From a virus: 17,404 bases of DNA. Under the pieces are notes generated by a model that saw only the letters and a program-made list of their open reading frames with translations, did not search any database and was not told the origin of the DNA. The number at the start of each line of letters is the position of its first letter. Positions within the stretch are counted from its first letter, which is position 1. The position numbers and the translations under genes were made by a program. Positions 7,080-15,863 of the stretch are shown piece by piece. The stretch is taken from the UHGV virus genome UHGV-2147075. One strand, given 5' to 3'.

Positions 7080-7592
7080 TCAGTGGGAATGGTGATTAGA
7101 GTTCTGGCCGTCAGACAGCATGCTACCTGTGGAGTGGGCATTGCCGTTGATTTCAAGGTTGCCGTTCACCGTGGTGGTGTCAGCGGTCAAATCAATGGTT
7201 TTCCCCTTCAGGCTGATACCTACCGCAACCTCGATTACTACGCGCTCGATACCACCTTTGACCGTCAGCGTATGGGTCGCGCGGTTATAGCTGAACTCTG
7301 CGCCATCCGCGTATTTCGTGCCCCGGACGTTTTTGTCGCTGAACGGTGGCTTATCGACGCCTGAGTACACCGCGCCCAGAATGACACCATCCTCGCCGTT
7401 GGCATCGAGCAGCACCTCAACCTGCTCCCCCACGTCAGGGAGCCAGTAATCCTTGTTATCCTGGGTGTTGCGCTGGAGTACGTTAAGCCAGTTAGTGCGC
7501 AGGTTATCGCACTCAGGCAGACGAACGCGGGCCTGAACCTTGTCGGCATCGACGGCGCTGACCGTACCGACCTGACGGGTGACACCTGCCAT
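7080..7592 (-). CDS. baseplate assembly protein V-like (spike)
   Basis: 170 codons; ATG overlaps the upstream TAA; N-terminal region ...GTVSAVDADKVQARVRLPECDNLRTNWLNVLQ...WLPDVGEQVEVLL...GVILGAVY is typical of the gpV family. Confidence 0.85.
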   Translation of the reverse strand: MAGVTRQVGTVSAVDADKVQARVRLPECDNLRTNWLNVLQRNTQDNKDYWLPDVGEQVEVLLDANGEDGVILGAVYSGVDKPPFSDKNVRGTKYADGAEFSYNRATHTLTVKGGIERVVIEVAVGISLKGKTIDLTADTTTVNGNLEINGNAHSTGSMLSDGQNSNHHSH

Positions 7593-8761
7593 TATTTCTT
7601 CTCCTTTGTTACCGTAGATGTGCTGCCGTCCGGTTTATAGACGGTCAGTGTCTGACTCTTGCCGGTCTTTTTACCTTTCTTCGCCTTGCCCTGCGTGACC
7701 GGCCCTCGCGCCACCTCCAGTTCGGTGATATAGCCGCTGTTGCGGTCAAACGCATGGCGGGCAGTGGTTATCAGCCATGGCCCGGATAACTGTCCAAAAC
7801 CCACCAGTTCAATTTTGTTGCCTGCAGTCAGTTGAGGTGTTCCCGTCAGCGTCAGGGAGCCGTTCTGCTGGTATTCGTTATGCCTGGCCAGCGCCGAATC
7901 CGCTTTAATCCGGGCGCTGTCCGGGTCGCTGACGCGGCTGTTGACCTTCAGTGAGTCGGCACTGGTGACCTTACCGCCTTTGGTTTGTTTGTCGCTTTCA
8001 CGGGTACCACCATCAGCTTCGTAGACGATCAGTTTTTTACTGCTGCTTTTCTGGTGTTTTACCTTTGCAGATTTATAGACCCGGTTGATGGTGTCACGCA
8101 GGGAAAAGCGGGCCACATCCTGCGGTTTTAACTGCCTGACCGGCTCCTGACTGCGCAGTGTGGCCAGATGAGAAAAAATCAGCTGGTCACTGACCACTTT
8201 CACTGCATAACCATACTCGCTGGCCAGCCGGCGCAGAAAACCCACGTCCGTTTCAGCATACTGGGTCACCCGGTCGATTCTGATGGACTCAATGCTGCCC
8301 ACCAGTTTCAGTCGGTGCTTTCTGGCAATCCGCCCCGCAACAGCTGCCAGCGTGGTGTTCTCAAAACCACGACTGGTTTTAGTCCGCAGGGCACTGTTAA
8401 CCGAGGTGGCCACCCCACGGATAGAAACAACGGAAGCGGGCGAACTCACTTCGATCTCGTCTATAGAGAACGTACCGCAGGACAGCAGCTTCTCGCCCTG
8501 ATAGCCCATTTTCAGCGTCAGCGTGTCACCCTTGCCCGGATACCATTTATCCAGCCAGCGGCCATCGGTGTCGTCCAGTTCCACCTCAATGGTATCGGAC
8601 TCATTTTTGATGTTATCGCTCCAGGTCACACGGGTGACATAAGGCGCGATATCAGAGGTGATGTTTTTCTGCAGATACCACAGAGTGAACACCGGTGTCA
8701 GCACATCGCTGACGCCGGTTAACGCTGATGTGACTTGCGCAGTGCTGTTTATCTCAGCCAT
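7592..8761 (-). CDS. tail protein, P2 gpD-like (late control D / Mu gp44-like baseplate hub)
   Basis: 389 codons; size, position after the X-like gene and N-terminal region fit the phage D family. Confidence 0.85.
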   Translation of the reverse strand: MAEINSTAQVTSALTGVSDVLTPVFTLWYLQKNITSDIAPYVTRVTWSDNIKNESDTIEVELDDTDGRWLDKWYPGKGDTLTLKMGYQGEKLLSCGTFSIDEIEVSSPASVVSIRGVATSVNSALRTKTSRGFENTTLAAVAGRIARKHRLKLVGSIESIRIDRVTQYAETDVGFLRRLASEYGYAVKVVSDQLIFSHLATLRSQEPVRQLKPQDVARFSLRDTINRVYKSAKVKHQKSSSKKLIVYEADGGTRESDKQTKGGKVTSADSLKVNSRVSDPDSARIKADSALARHNEYQQNGSLTLTGTPQLTAGNKIELVGFGQLSGPWLITTARHAFDRNSGYITELEVARGPVTQGKAKKGKKTGKSQTLTVYKPDGSTSTVTKEKK

Positions 8762-8961
8762 GGGGCAATATCCTCTTCTGTACGGGCTTCTTCAGCCTCA
8801 ATCACCGGGATCAGTAACAACAGCCCGGAGGGCAGCACCGGCGTGATGGCCACGTGCGGATTGGCGGCAATAATCCGGGGATAGCCCAGCGGGTCACCGT
8901 AGTACTGCCATGCCAGCGAATCCCAGCGCTCTCCGTCACGGGTAACATGTTCAAGAAACAT
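8749..8961 (-). CDS. tail protein X-like (LysM-like fold)
   Basis: 70 codons from ATG at 8959-8961 (SD GAGGAG with 6-nt spacer; the GTG at 8964 used by the ORF track is less likely); motif RDGERWDSLAWQYYGDP...IIAANPHV...LPSGLLLLIPV matches the tail-protein-X family. Confidence 0.8.
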   Translation of the reverse strand: MFLEHVTRDGERWDSLAWQYYGDPLGYPRIIAANPHVAITPVLPSGLLLLIPVIEAEEARTEEDIAPWLR

Positions 8962-9845
8962 CACACACTCCTCGTCAGTATTCTGGCGGCCATTGCACTT
9001 AATCCCGGAGACATGCGGTTGAATGCTGTGCCGGCGGCGTTAAGCTGCCCGGAAACGGTATCCAGAGCACCTGCAATATTTCTTTTGTCCACACCACTCA
9101 GCGCAGACTGTGCCTGCTGTACATACGTGGCTGCTTCGCTGGCTGTTCTGGCCAGACTGATGGCATCGGGCATGGATTCAGAGAGTGCGTTAAACGCCGG
9201 AACACTTTTCCCCAGAGCCCCGGATATATTACCCAGTCCGCTCATCAGCCCCGGCACACGGGTCAGTGCGACAACGGGGTTATCCTTCATTTTCTGTGTC
9301 ACCCGAACGGCTCTGATAGTGGTCTGGAGTACAGACTGCGCCTGTTTCGCATAGTTGACGCCGTTGCGGATGAACTGCGCCACCCCTGAAGGTGAAGGAA
9401 TGGCACCGGAGACCGCCCCGACACCCGGGAGCTTCGTGCGTATTGCCGGTGGTTGCAGAGGATTTTTCGGATCACCGGTGTATTCCCGGAGAGACACGGT
9501 GGCACTGACAGCCAGCACGTTACCGGTGCTGTCTGTCTGCTCGCTGGTTGCGGTCACATCGGTAATCACGAACCAGCCACGATAGTCACCGTTGCCGAAG
9601 ACCAGCGCCAGTGCCTGATGGGCTTTCATGGTTGTTCGCAGTCTCGCCAGCTCCACATCGGGTACACAATAATGCTGATGGAAGACCAGACTTATCTGGA
9701 TTTCGTCCAGCCTGTCGCCGACGAACTGCAGGCCAGGCTTACCCCCGATGCGGGCATGCTCCGCATAATCGACGCCGAACGTGGCCTCGAAGCCGTCCCA
9801 GTAGGTAATCAGCTCAAACTCAATATCACCCAGTACGGCAAACAT
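8961..9845 (-). CDS. tail protein, P2 gpU-like N-terminal domain with C-terminal extension
   Basis: 294 codons; ATG overlaps the tape-measure stop (TGATG); N-terminal ~120 aa (...GWFVITDVTATSEQTDSTGNVLAVSATVSLREY) resembles the gpU family; Ala/Ser/Gly-rich C-terminus. Confidence 0.7.
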   Translation of the reverse strand: MFAVLGDIEFELITYWDGFEATFGVDYAEHARIGGKPGLQFVGDRLDEIQISLVFHQHYCVPDVELARLRTTMKAHQALALVFGNGDYRGWFVITDVTATSEQTDSTGNVLAVSATVSLREYTGDPKNPLQPPAIRTKLPGVGAVSGAIPSPSGVAQFIRNGVNYAKQAQSVLQTTIRAVRVTQKMKDNPVVALTRVPGLMSGLGNISGALGKSVPAFNALSESMPDAISLARTASEAATYVQQAQSALSGVDKRNIAGALDTVSGQLNAAGTAFNRMSPGLSAMAARILTRSV

Positions 9846-12796
9846 CAGCGGTACTCCTTACGTTGTTTCTGAGCCAGCAGACGCTCCAGCATTTTTTCCA
9901 GCTCATGCAGACTCATATTCAGGGCACCAGTCAGTCCTGCAGGCGCTGTGGTTTCCTTGCCATTGAGGAAAAACTGAGGATTAAAGCTGACCTGGATACC
10001 ACCAGACGTTCCACCGCCGGTTGCAGCTGCACCACGGCCTGAATATCCGGCAGCCAGGATTTCAGACGAGGGGATACGGGGAACATCCGGTGTCATCTCA
10101 TTTGCCAGACGTTGCCCTGGTAAAATCGATGCCCGGGTGGAGAGCGGAATAACGGGCATGGAAGACAAACTATTGATTACGGCTCCGATCGCATTTTTAG
10201 CAGACGACATAAACCCGTTGATATCGGGCAACGGCATACTGAAGCGAACACCTGAAGTGTTATCCCGTATTTCTGGCCCCTGGATGCTCACGGGCATTCT
10301 GGGGAGCAGTTCACTGGCCATTCGCTGCCCGGCCAGAGCTGCAAGCGGAGTGGTCCGCTGCAGGCCAATGGCGGCCCCCTGCGCGATATTGTCACCAAAG
10401 CCCATAAACACGCGGCTCGGCGAATGAATGCCCAGCTTTTCGCTGAACCAGCCACTGATGCTGTCACCCATTCCGGTTACACTGGATTTGAGCGACTCCC
10501 ATTTGTTTTTGATACCGTTAATCAGACCATCGACAAGATGGCCACCGAAGTCGGTAAACTTTGCCGGCAGATCAACACCAAGATATTTCAGCGCAGCTGC
10601 AAAGGCTTTATAGAGCAGACCTGCCGGCGACCAGTTAATCAGCAGCTTACCAGTTCCCGCGATACCGCCGTTAAAGGCTTCCTGAATGTCAGCCCAGCAC
10701 TGTTTAAACCAGCTACTGATGCTGTCACCCATTCCGGTTACACTGGATTTGAGCGACCCCCATTTGTTTTTGATACCGTTAATCAGACCGTCGATAAGAT
10801 GGCCACCGAAGTCGGTGAACTTTGCCGGCAGAGCAACGCCGAAATATTTCAGCGCAGCCGCAAAGGCTTTATAGAGCAGGCCTGCCGGCGACCAGTTAAT
10901 CAGTAACTTACCAATTCCCACAATGCCGCCGTTAAAGGCTTCCTGAATGTCTGCCCAGCGCTGTTTAAACCAGCCACTGACTGCCCCCCAGTTGCGGTAG
11001 ATAAGGTAAGCTGCTGCCGCGACAGCGGTGATAACGAGACCGATGGGATTCATCATCAGCGCACGCCCAATCCAGAGAACAGCACGTCCGGCGAGCATAA
11101 TTCCGCGAACCAGCCCCCCGGAGAGCACGCCACTCAGTGTTCTGGCTCCTCTGGCGACGGCGCTAAATCCGGTCACCAGCCAGCGGAGCTTACCGCCTTG
11201 CCCCAGTGCGAGCGACAGACGAAGCCAGTTGGCCCGAAGTAAAACAGCATTTTTCCAGACACTTACAAAGGGGGAAATAAGGAGATTCAGCCCCAGTTTG
11301 AGACCAACAGTCGCTATCTTAATCGCAAGGAGCGCACTGATGAGCTTAAAAGCCCCACTGACAAATTGCGGGTGAGTCGCTACCCAGTGTTTTGCCCCCT
11401 GAATGAGTGGAAGCAGTTCCTGAGTCAAAGAAATAAAAGATGGAGCTAATTGATCGCCCAGCGTAATTGCCAGATCGCGACTGCTGACCATAAGTGTTTT
11501 AGTGGCTTCAAGGGGAGATTTCAGCCGCTGATCATAAGCACTGGCAAGCAAATCGTTATCCGCAGCCCTGAGAGCACCGGCACGGATCTCTCGATATCTG
11601 TCCATGTTGGCCAGCATCGGGCGGATAAATGCCATGACCTGCATATCCGCGAACATATCGCCCAGACCAAAGTTTTTCGCCAGAGCCTGAAGTGCCTCAT
11701 CTCTTGCCGTATCATTCTTTATTTTCATGGCTGATTTGAAGCCGGCCAGCGCTTCGGGGCTTTTGGCATTGAGGTAACGTTCTATAACACTCAACATCCC
11801 TTCAATCGGAGAGATCCCCGCAGCTTTATAACTCGCAATAGATCCCTGCAAATCAATACCCAGATCAGCAAACTGTTTCTGAGTATCGCGGGCAAAAATT
11901 TTGGTAAGAAAGTTTTTAAAATTATTGGCTGCTTCGTCGGTGGAACCTGCACCGATTTTTGCTATCTGGAGACTGGCCCCGATTTCAGCAACAGCCTCTT
12001 TTCCACTGGCAATACCCGCCATCATTGGGGCCAGGGACTGCATCCACTTGACCTGATCCGGGATTTCAAATGACCCCTGGTCACCGGCATAAGCCATAAT
12101 ATTCTGAACGGCACCAAAATCTCTGGCCGCACCTTTCAGGGAGTTTTGCCAGACTGCGGCCACTTTTGCCCAGTCCTGAGCAGACGTGCGTGTTGCCGTT
12201 GCCGCGCGGGCAATATCCGGCATCAGAAAACCGATATCTGACACATTATCAATATTGTCGCTGATGAGTGAACCCACCGCCTCCTGCAGCTCATCCTGAT
12301 ACTGATTGTATTTAAGCGCCCAGCCTTTTATCTGTCCGGCAAGTCCATCCCGCGTTTTATTGTCATATTTTGCGGTGATCGACATATCAATCATTTTGTC
12401 CTGAAAAGACATGGACTGCTGAACGGCAGGGGAAACCGTATGATAAACAGTCTGTGCCATGCCATACGCTTCAATCCCCTGACCATACAGCGCCATGCGG
12501 TTAGCTTTCAGCGCATCACTGGTAGCGGATGCCGCTGACAGACGGCGCTGCTGGCGCTCAATTTGCTCCATGGTGCGGCTTACCCGCAGCAGCTCGCTGT
12601 TGAGATGCTGCATCCGGGAAGAACCCAGTTGACCATAACGTTCTGTTGCACGGGTTAAAGCGTTCTGACGTTCCTGCAGGCGGCGTGAGGTATCGCTCAG
12701 GGAATCAAGCGCACGGCGGGTACCGCTCATTGCAGAACGGAATGTGCTACCAATCATCCCGCCGATAACAACGCCGACTGAAAACTGTCCCGACAT
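9845..12796 (-). CDS. tail tape measure protein
   Basis: 983 codons; strong SD GGAGG upstream of ATG at 12794-12796; largest gene, between the chaperone ORFs and the U/X/D genes; contains an internal tandem duplication. Confidence 0.88.
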   Translation of the reverse strand: MSGQFSVGVVIGGMIGSTFRSAMSGTRRALDSLSDTSRRLQERQNALTRATERYGQLGSSRMQHLNSELLRVSRTMEQIERQQRRLSAASATSDALKANRMALYGQGIEAYGMAQTVYHTVSPAVQQSMSFQDKMIDMSITAKYDNKTRDGLAGQIKGWALKYNQYQDELQEAVGSLISDNIDNVSDIGFLMPDIARAATATRTSAQDWAKVAAVWQNSLKGAARDFGAVQNIMAYAGDQGSFEIPDQVKWMQSLAPMMAGIASGKEAVAEIGASLQIAKIGAGSTDEAANNFKNFLTKIFARDTQKQFADLGIDLQGSIASYKAAGISPIEGMLSVIERYLNAKSPEALAGFKSAMKIKNDTARDEALQALAKNFGLGDMFADMQVMAFIRPMLANMDRYREIRAGALRAADNDLLASAYDQRLKSPLEATKTLMVSSRDLAITLGDQLAPSFISLTQELLPLIQGAKHWVATHPQFVSGAFKLISALLAIKIATVGLKLGLNLLISPFVSVWKNAVLLRANWLRLSLALGQGGKLRWLVTGFSAVARGARTLSGVLSGGLVRGIMLAGRAVLWIGRALMMNPIGLVITAVAAAAYLIYRNWGAVSGWFKQRWADIQEAFNGGIVGIGKLLINWSPAGLLYKAFAAALKYFGVALPAKFTDFGGHLIDGLINGIKNKWGSLKSSVTGMGDSISSWFKQCWADIQEAFNGGIAGTGKLLINWSPAGLLYKAFAAALKYLGVDLPAKFTDFGGHLVDGLINGIKNKWESLKSSVTGMGDSISGWFSEKLGIHSPSRVFMGFGDNIAQGAAIGLQRTTPLAALAGQRMASELLPRMPVSIQGPEIRDNTSGVRFSMPLPDINGFMSSAKNAIGAVINSLSSMPVIPLSTRASILPGQRLANEMTPDVPRIPSSEILAAGYSGRGAAATGGGTSGGIQVSFNPQFFLNGKETTAPAGLTGALNMSLHELEKMLERLLAQKQRKEYR
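10424..10980. repeat. in-frame tandem duplication (2 full copies of 261 bp plus partial flanking copies) within the tape measure gene
   Basis: Copies offset by exactly 261 bp (e.g. CCAGCCACTGATGCTGTCACCC at 10448 and CCAGCTACTGATGCTGTCACCC at 10709); the protein shows WFKQ[RC]WADIQEAFNGG...GMGDSIS[SG] twice, 87 aa each. Confidence 0.9.
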
Positions 12797-12871
12797 AGTG
12801 GTTAACCTCCGGGGAAGGTGAAAAGACGTGAGGGGATAACGCAGAACAGCCGCTACTGGCGGCTGTCTGTA

Positions 12872-13289
12872 CTATGATTTGTCGCCGTACTCGCTTTTTA
12901 TTTGCTCTTCAGCCTGCTCCAGCCACATCTCCAGATCGTCAGTATCGAGGGCATCAATCTCCCCCGGCTGAAACCGGAACCATCTCGCCAGCAGCCCCTG
13001 CGCCTGCGTCAGCGCCCTGGTTGCTCTCACCCATCCCCGTGATGAGCTGAAATCGTTTCTGTAACTGCAGGTAATCAGCCAGATCCATATTGTCGAGATC
13101 TTCCGGGAGAAGACCAGTACTGCGGGCAATCAGCGGTTCGTCCCAGTCTGCCGGGTTTTTGCTGATTTTGCGCACCTGCTTCAGGTCTTTTACCGTCAGG
13201 CGTTTCAGTTCAACCAGCTCAATTCTGGTGCCTGCAGCAGTGGTGAAGGGATAAGACAATTTAAAAGTATCGGATGGGGTCTGTGACAT
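12872..13289 (-). CDS. predicted frameshifted chaperone fusion product (E+E' analogue), made by a +1 or -2 shift near 12957-12965
   Basis: A second frame is open from 13129 to TAG at 12872-12874 with no credible start of its own (TTG only); it is the +1 frame relative to the chaperone gene and overlaps its 3' end. Confidence 0.45.
12954..12968 (-). promoter_or_regulatory. candidate recoding site: G5 run immediately before the chaperone stop codon
   Basis: mRNA reads GCC GGG GGA GAU UGA in the zero frame and CCG GGG GAG AUU GAU in the extension frame. Confidence 0.4.
12954..13289 (-). CDS. tail assembly chaperone (P2 gpE / lambda G analogue)
   Basis: 111 codons; ATG at 13287-13289 with SD AGGAG; position between tube and tape measure; Leu/Asp-rich pattern ...ELKRLTVKDLKQV...LLPEDLDNMDLADYLQLQKRF typical of this chaperone class; acidic Gly/Ala-rich C-terminus. 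Confidence 0.75.
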   Translation of the reverse strand: MSQTPSDTFKLSYPFTTAAGTRIELVELKRLTVKDLKQVRKISKNPADWDEPLIARSTGLLPEDLDNMDLADYLQLQKRFQLITGMGESNQGADAGAGAAGEMVPVSAGGD

Positions 13290-13352
13290 GATTGTGCTCC
13301 TGTGTAAGTTCAGGGCAGTATGTCGGGAGAAGCGCGTGACGGATATTAAAGG

Positions 13353-13379
13353 AGATTAAGAAGAAGGGGCCGGAGCCCC
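13353..13379 (-). terminator. weak terminator-like hairpin between the small ORF and the chaperone gene
   Basis: mRNA GGGGC-UCCG-GCCCC (13366-13379) followed by the pyrimidine-rich UUCUUCUU; not a clean U-tract. Confidence 0.25.
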
Positions 13380-13386
13380 TGTGATG

Positions 13387-13668
13387 TCAGCAAGTGCGAA
13401 ACCCCTTGCAGTTACGCAGGAAAGCGATGAGAAGCGTCTTTCCCTCAGATTTGCCGATGCCGGAGAACCAGTGGTCGGGAGGCTCCCATGCTTCAATCAA
13501 ATCCGCCAGTTTGCGGGCCTTTGAACGTGTGCAGTCAATCGGGTCATTGGTTTTACGGGTATTAAAAAGGGTTTCCACCCCCGGAATATCAAGGAGGGTA
13601 AACCACGTACCATTTGACATGCCCAGTGCCGCACATCGTCCTCCTTTATCCGTCAGTTCAACACTCAC
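13387..13668 (-). CDS. hypothetical protein (uncertain coding assignment)
   Basis: 93 codons starting at GTG 13666-13668, 2 nt after the tube stop; no family recognised; a 97-codon ORF on the opposite strand (13394-13687) overlaps it completely. Confidence 0.4.
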   Translation of the reverse strand: MSVELTDKGGRCAALGMSNGTWFTLLDIPGVETLFNTRKTNDPIDCTRSKARKLADLIEAWEPPDHWFSGIGKSEGKTLLIAFLRNCKGFRTC

Positions 13669-13670
13669 CG

Positions 13671-14192
13671 TCAGCCCCCGATATTGATACGGTAGTCAGT
13701 CAGTTGATCAACACCGCCGACCCGGAAGATGTTGGCCAGATAGTCCAGTTGCAGCAGCTCTTCACCATCCAGTACCTGTCTGATATACGTGCAGGTGAAG
13801 CTACTGGAGAACTCGGCGTTCTCGTGCTGTTTGAACGTCCCCAGCGGGTTCTTCTTGAACATAATCGTCAGGAAGGTGACCAGCGGGATTTCGTCAATCA
13901 GCCCCTGCGAGCTGTAGCGCTGGACGCTGGAACGACACTGCAGTGCCAGCGACCTGTACGGGTTCGCGGCAGACAGCATCGCATCGCGGTAAAAGCTGTT
14001 CCATTTGATTTCGCCTTCCAGTTTGTCAAAACCAGCCGGGAGTTCCACCTTACCCACCATCCCCAGCGCCTTGTGTTCCTGCATAATCATGGAGACATCG
14101 GGGAGTTTAACTTCCTCAGCCCGTCCCAGCAGGTTAGTACCATCCAGATAGATGTTGGCATTCGTGATGCGGTTTATCTCAATCTTTGACAT
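13671..14192 (-). CDS. tail tube protein (Mu M / P2 FII-like)
   Basis: 173 codons; ATG overlaps the sheath stop; size and position immediately after the sheath gene. Confidence 0.88.
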   Translation of the reverse strand: MSKIEINRITNANIYLDGTNLLGRAEEVKLPDVSMIMQEHKALGMVGKVELPAGFDKLEGEIKWNSFYRDAMLSAANPYRSLALQCRSSVQRYSSQGLIDEIPLVTFLTIMFKKNPLGTFKQHENAEFSSSFTCTYIRQVLDGEELLQLDYLANIFRVGGVDQLTDYRINIGG

Positions 14193-15619
14193 CAGTTGCC
14201 CCCTTTCAGGGTTAACAGGTATTCCGAGGTGATCTCAGTCTCAAACGTCAGTCGCTCCAGCGGCGGTGGTGGCGTATATTTGTAGCTCAGCAACAGGTGC
14301 CCGGCGGCCAGCTCCGTCTCCGGATTGCGGGCCGGATCAAACCAGCAACGGAAGCCCAGTACCGCACCATCACCAGTCATTTTGCGACCGTAGGCGTTGA
14401 CCGACTCCGTCAGTGCATCAATCAGCGCCTGAGTAATCGGCATGTCGATGTACTGCTGGCTGAAATAACGAATGGACTCGTTGATCACATCACCGGTGCG
14501 GCGAACGTTCTCAAAGTTACGCATATGGGTGACCGTTGGCCATGCTGCCGTCCGGTTACCCCACAGACGAAGGCCGCTGCCGTAACTGCTGAATACCGTG
14601 GTGATCCCCTGTTCGTTAAGCAGGTTCACCTCACTCTGCGGGTCATCAATCATCGCGGACAGCTGGCGCTCCACGCCGGTGATCCCCAGAATCTCCTGAT
14701 TGGAGGATGACCACCAGTAGCCCTTGTCCAGATCGACTCTGGCACGCAGACCTGCTGCACGCTGGCTGAGCGGCTCCAGACGCTCTGTGTTTGTCACCGG
14801 GTCATATACCTTCACATGCGGATAGCACAGACGGACGCGGTCGGAGCTGGTATTGAAGTTGATGGTGCCTTCCGGGCCACGACCTGCCAGAGCCTGTGCA
14901 AAGGTGGTACCGACAGGCGCATCAATGTAGGTTACCGCGCCCAGCTTCTCTGCCATGGCGATAAGCTCAACTGCGACACTCTTCTGGGTGCAGAACACCG
15001 GCGCAATCAGAATTTTGGCGAAATAGCCGTACAGGTTGAAGCTGTCGTTAAGCAGCTTCATGCCGGTTCGGTTTCCGGCGCTGTTCACCCCGCCGATGAT
15101 GTCCGCCGCAGTCACCTTCGACGGGTCCGCGTACTCATAGCTCACCTTCACGCTGCCACCGGCCTCAATAGCCTTGCCCAGGTTCGTGAGCACACCCGCC
15201 TGCGCATCAACACGGTAGTCCGTGTTCGCCGTGTGGGAGGTGCTGCCTTCACTGTTTTTCACCACCACATTAGCGACAACCGGATGCGCCAGTCTGGCCT
15301 GCCCTGTCGATTTGTCAAAGGTAACCACCTCATCCTCGATCGCCGTTTTATGTTTCGCCGGGTCGAGGACGTTAATGACCAGAACGGTACCTGCACCATG
15401 GTCATAAATCGCATCCAGCGCCTGCGGAATGGTAAAGCCGGTGAACTGGCTGCCAAATGCCGCTGCGTCTTTCTCAGACAGGCACTGTACCAGCGTATTG
15501 ACATCCCCCATCGGGGCGGTACCAATCAGGCCAATAACGGCAGATTTCACCGTTTTAACCGGGCGGGCACCGTTTTCCACCTCAATGGTTTCGGGACCAT
15601 GCAGATAGTTAGCTGCCAT
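14192..15619 (-). CDS. contractile tail sheath protein (Mu L / P2 FI-like)
   Basis: 475 codons; strong SD GGAGGA upstream of ATG at 15617-15619; size and composition typical of myovirus sheath proteins. Confidence 0.92.
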   Translation of the reverse strand: MAANYLHGPETIEVENGARPVKTVKSAVIGLIGTAPMGDVNTLVQCLSEKDAAAFGSQFTGFTIPQALDAIYDHGAGTVLVINVLDPAKHKTAIEDEVVTFDKSTGQARLAHPVVANVVVKNSEGSTSHTANTDYRVDAQAGVLTNLGKAIEAGGSVKVSYEYADPSKVTAADIIGGVNSAGNRTGMKLLNDSFNLYGYFAKILIAPVFCTQKSVAVELIAMAEKLGAVTYIDAPVGTTFAQALAGRGPEGTINFNTSSDRVRLCYPHVKVYDPVTNTERLEPLSQRAAGLRARVDLDKGYWWSSSNQEILGITGVERQLSAMIDDPQSEVNLLNEQGITTVFSSYGSGLRLWGNRTAAWPTVTHMRNFENVRRTGDVINESIRYFSQQYIDMPITQALIDALTESVNAYGRKMTGDGAVLGFRCWFDPARNPETELAAGHLLLSYKYTPPPPLERLTFETEITSEYLLTLKGGN

Positions 15620-15863
15620 GGGTGTCCTCCGTTTTCACTTCGCTGTCACTGCTGCTTCTGCGCTTTGGTGACTGCACAGCCGGTGTGCCGGCGGGTTTAG
15701 TCTCTTCAGGTACCGGCGTCAGATGTTTCAGCGCCACCAGTACCTTCACGTAGTCATGCTCCTCCGGCAGGGAAACCGTCTTCCCCGGCCAGAGCAGGAT
15801 TTCGGTTCCGTCCGACAGCGTGACGCCGCTGGCCGGGCCGGAATAGCGGTATTCTTTCATCAC
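15609..15863 (-). CDS. small phage protein upstream of sheath (Mu gp38-position)
   Basis: 84 codons from GTG 15861-15863 (or 83 from the adjacent ATG 15858-15860); SD AGGAAAG upstream; overlaps the sheath start by 11 nt; function assigned by position only. Confidence 0.6.
   Translation of the reverse strand: MMKEYRYSGPASGVTLSDGTEILLWPGKTVSLPEEHDYVKVLVALKHLTPVPEETKPAGTPAVQSPKRRSSSDSEVKTEDTHGS

Noticed and set aside
8168-8722. 184-codon plus-strand ORF antisense to the D-like gene
   Set aside because: Embedded antisense; low-complexity Arg/Gly/Pro-rich translation.
10424-10906. 160-codon plus-strand ORF and its short relatives inside the tape measure gene
   Set aside because: Antisense readings of the duplicated tape-measure segment.
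4057-10980. Periodic direct repeats (fibre 4057-4797, tape measure 10424-10980) as possible CRISPR arrays
   Set aside because: Repeats are 165-300 bp, in frame, and inside long ORFs with protein-level repeat structure; no short repeat-spacer periodicity and no cas genes.
14816-15700. 294-codon plus-strand ORF antisense to the sheath gene
   Set aside because: Embedded antisense in the sheath gene; Arg/His/Cys-rich translation typical of an antisense frame in GC-rich coding DNA.
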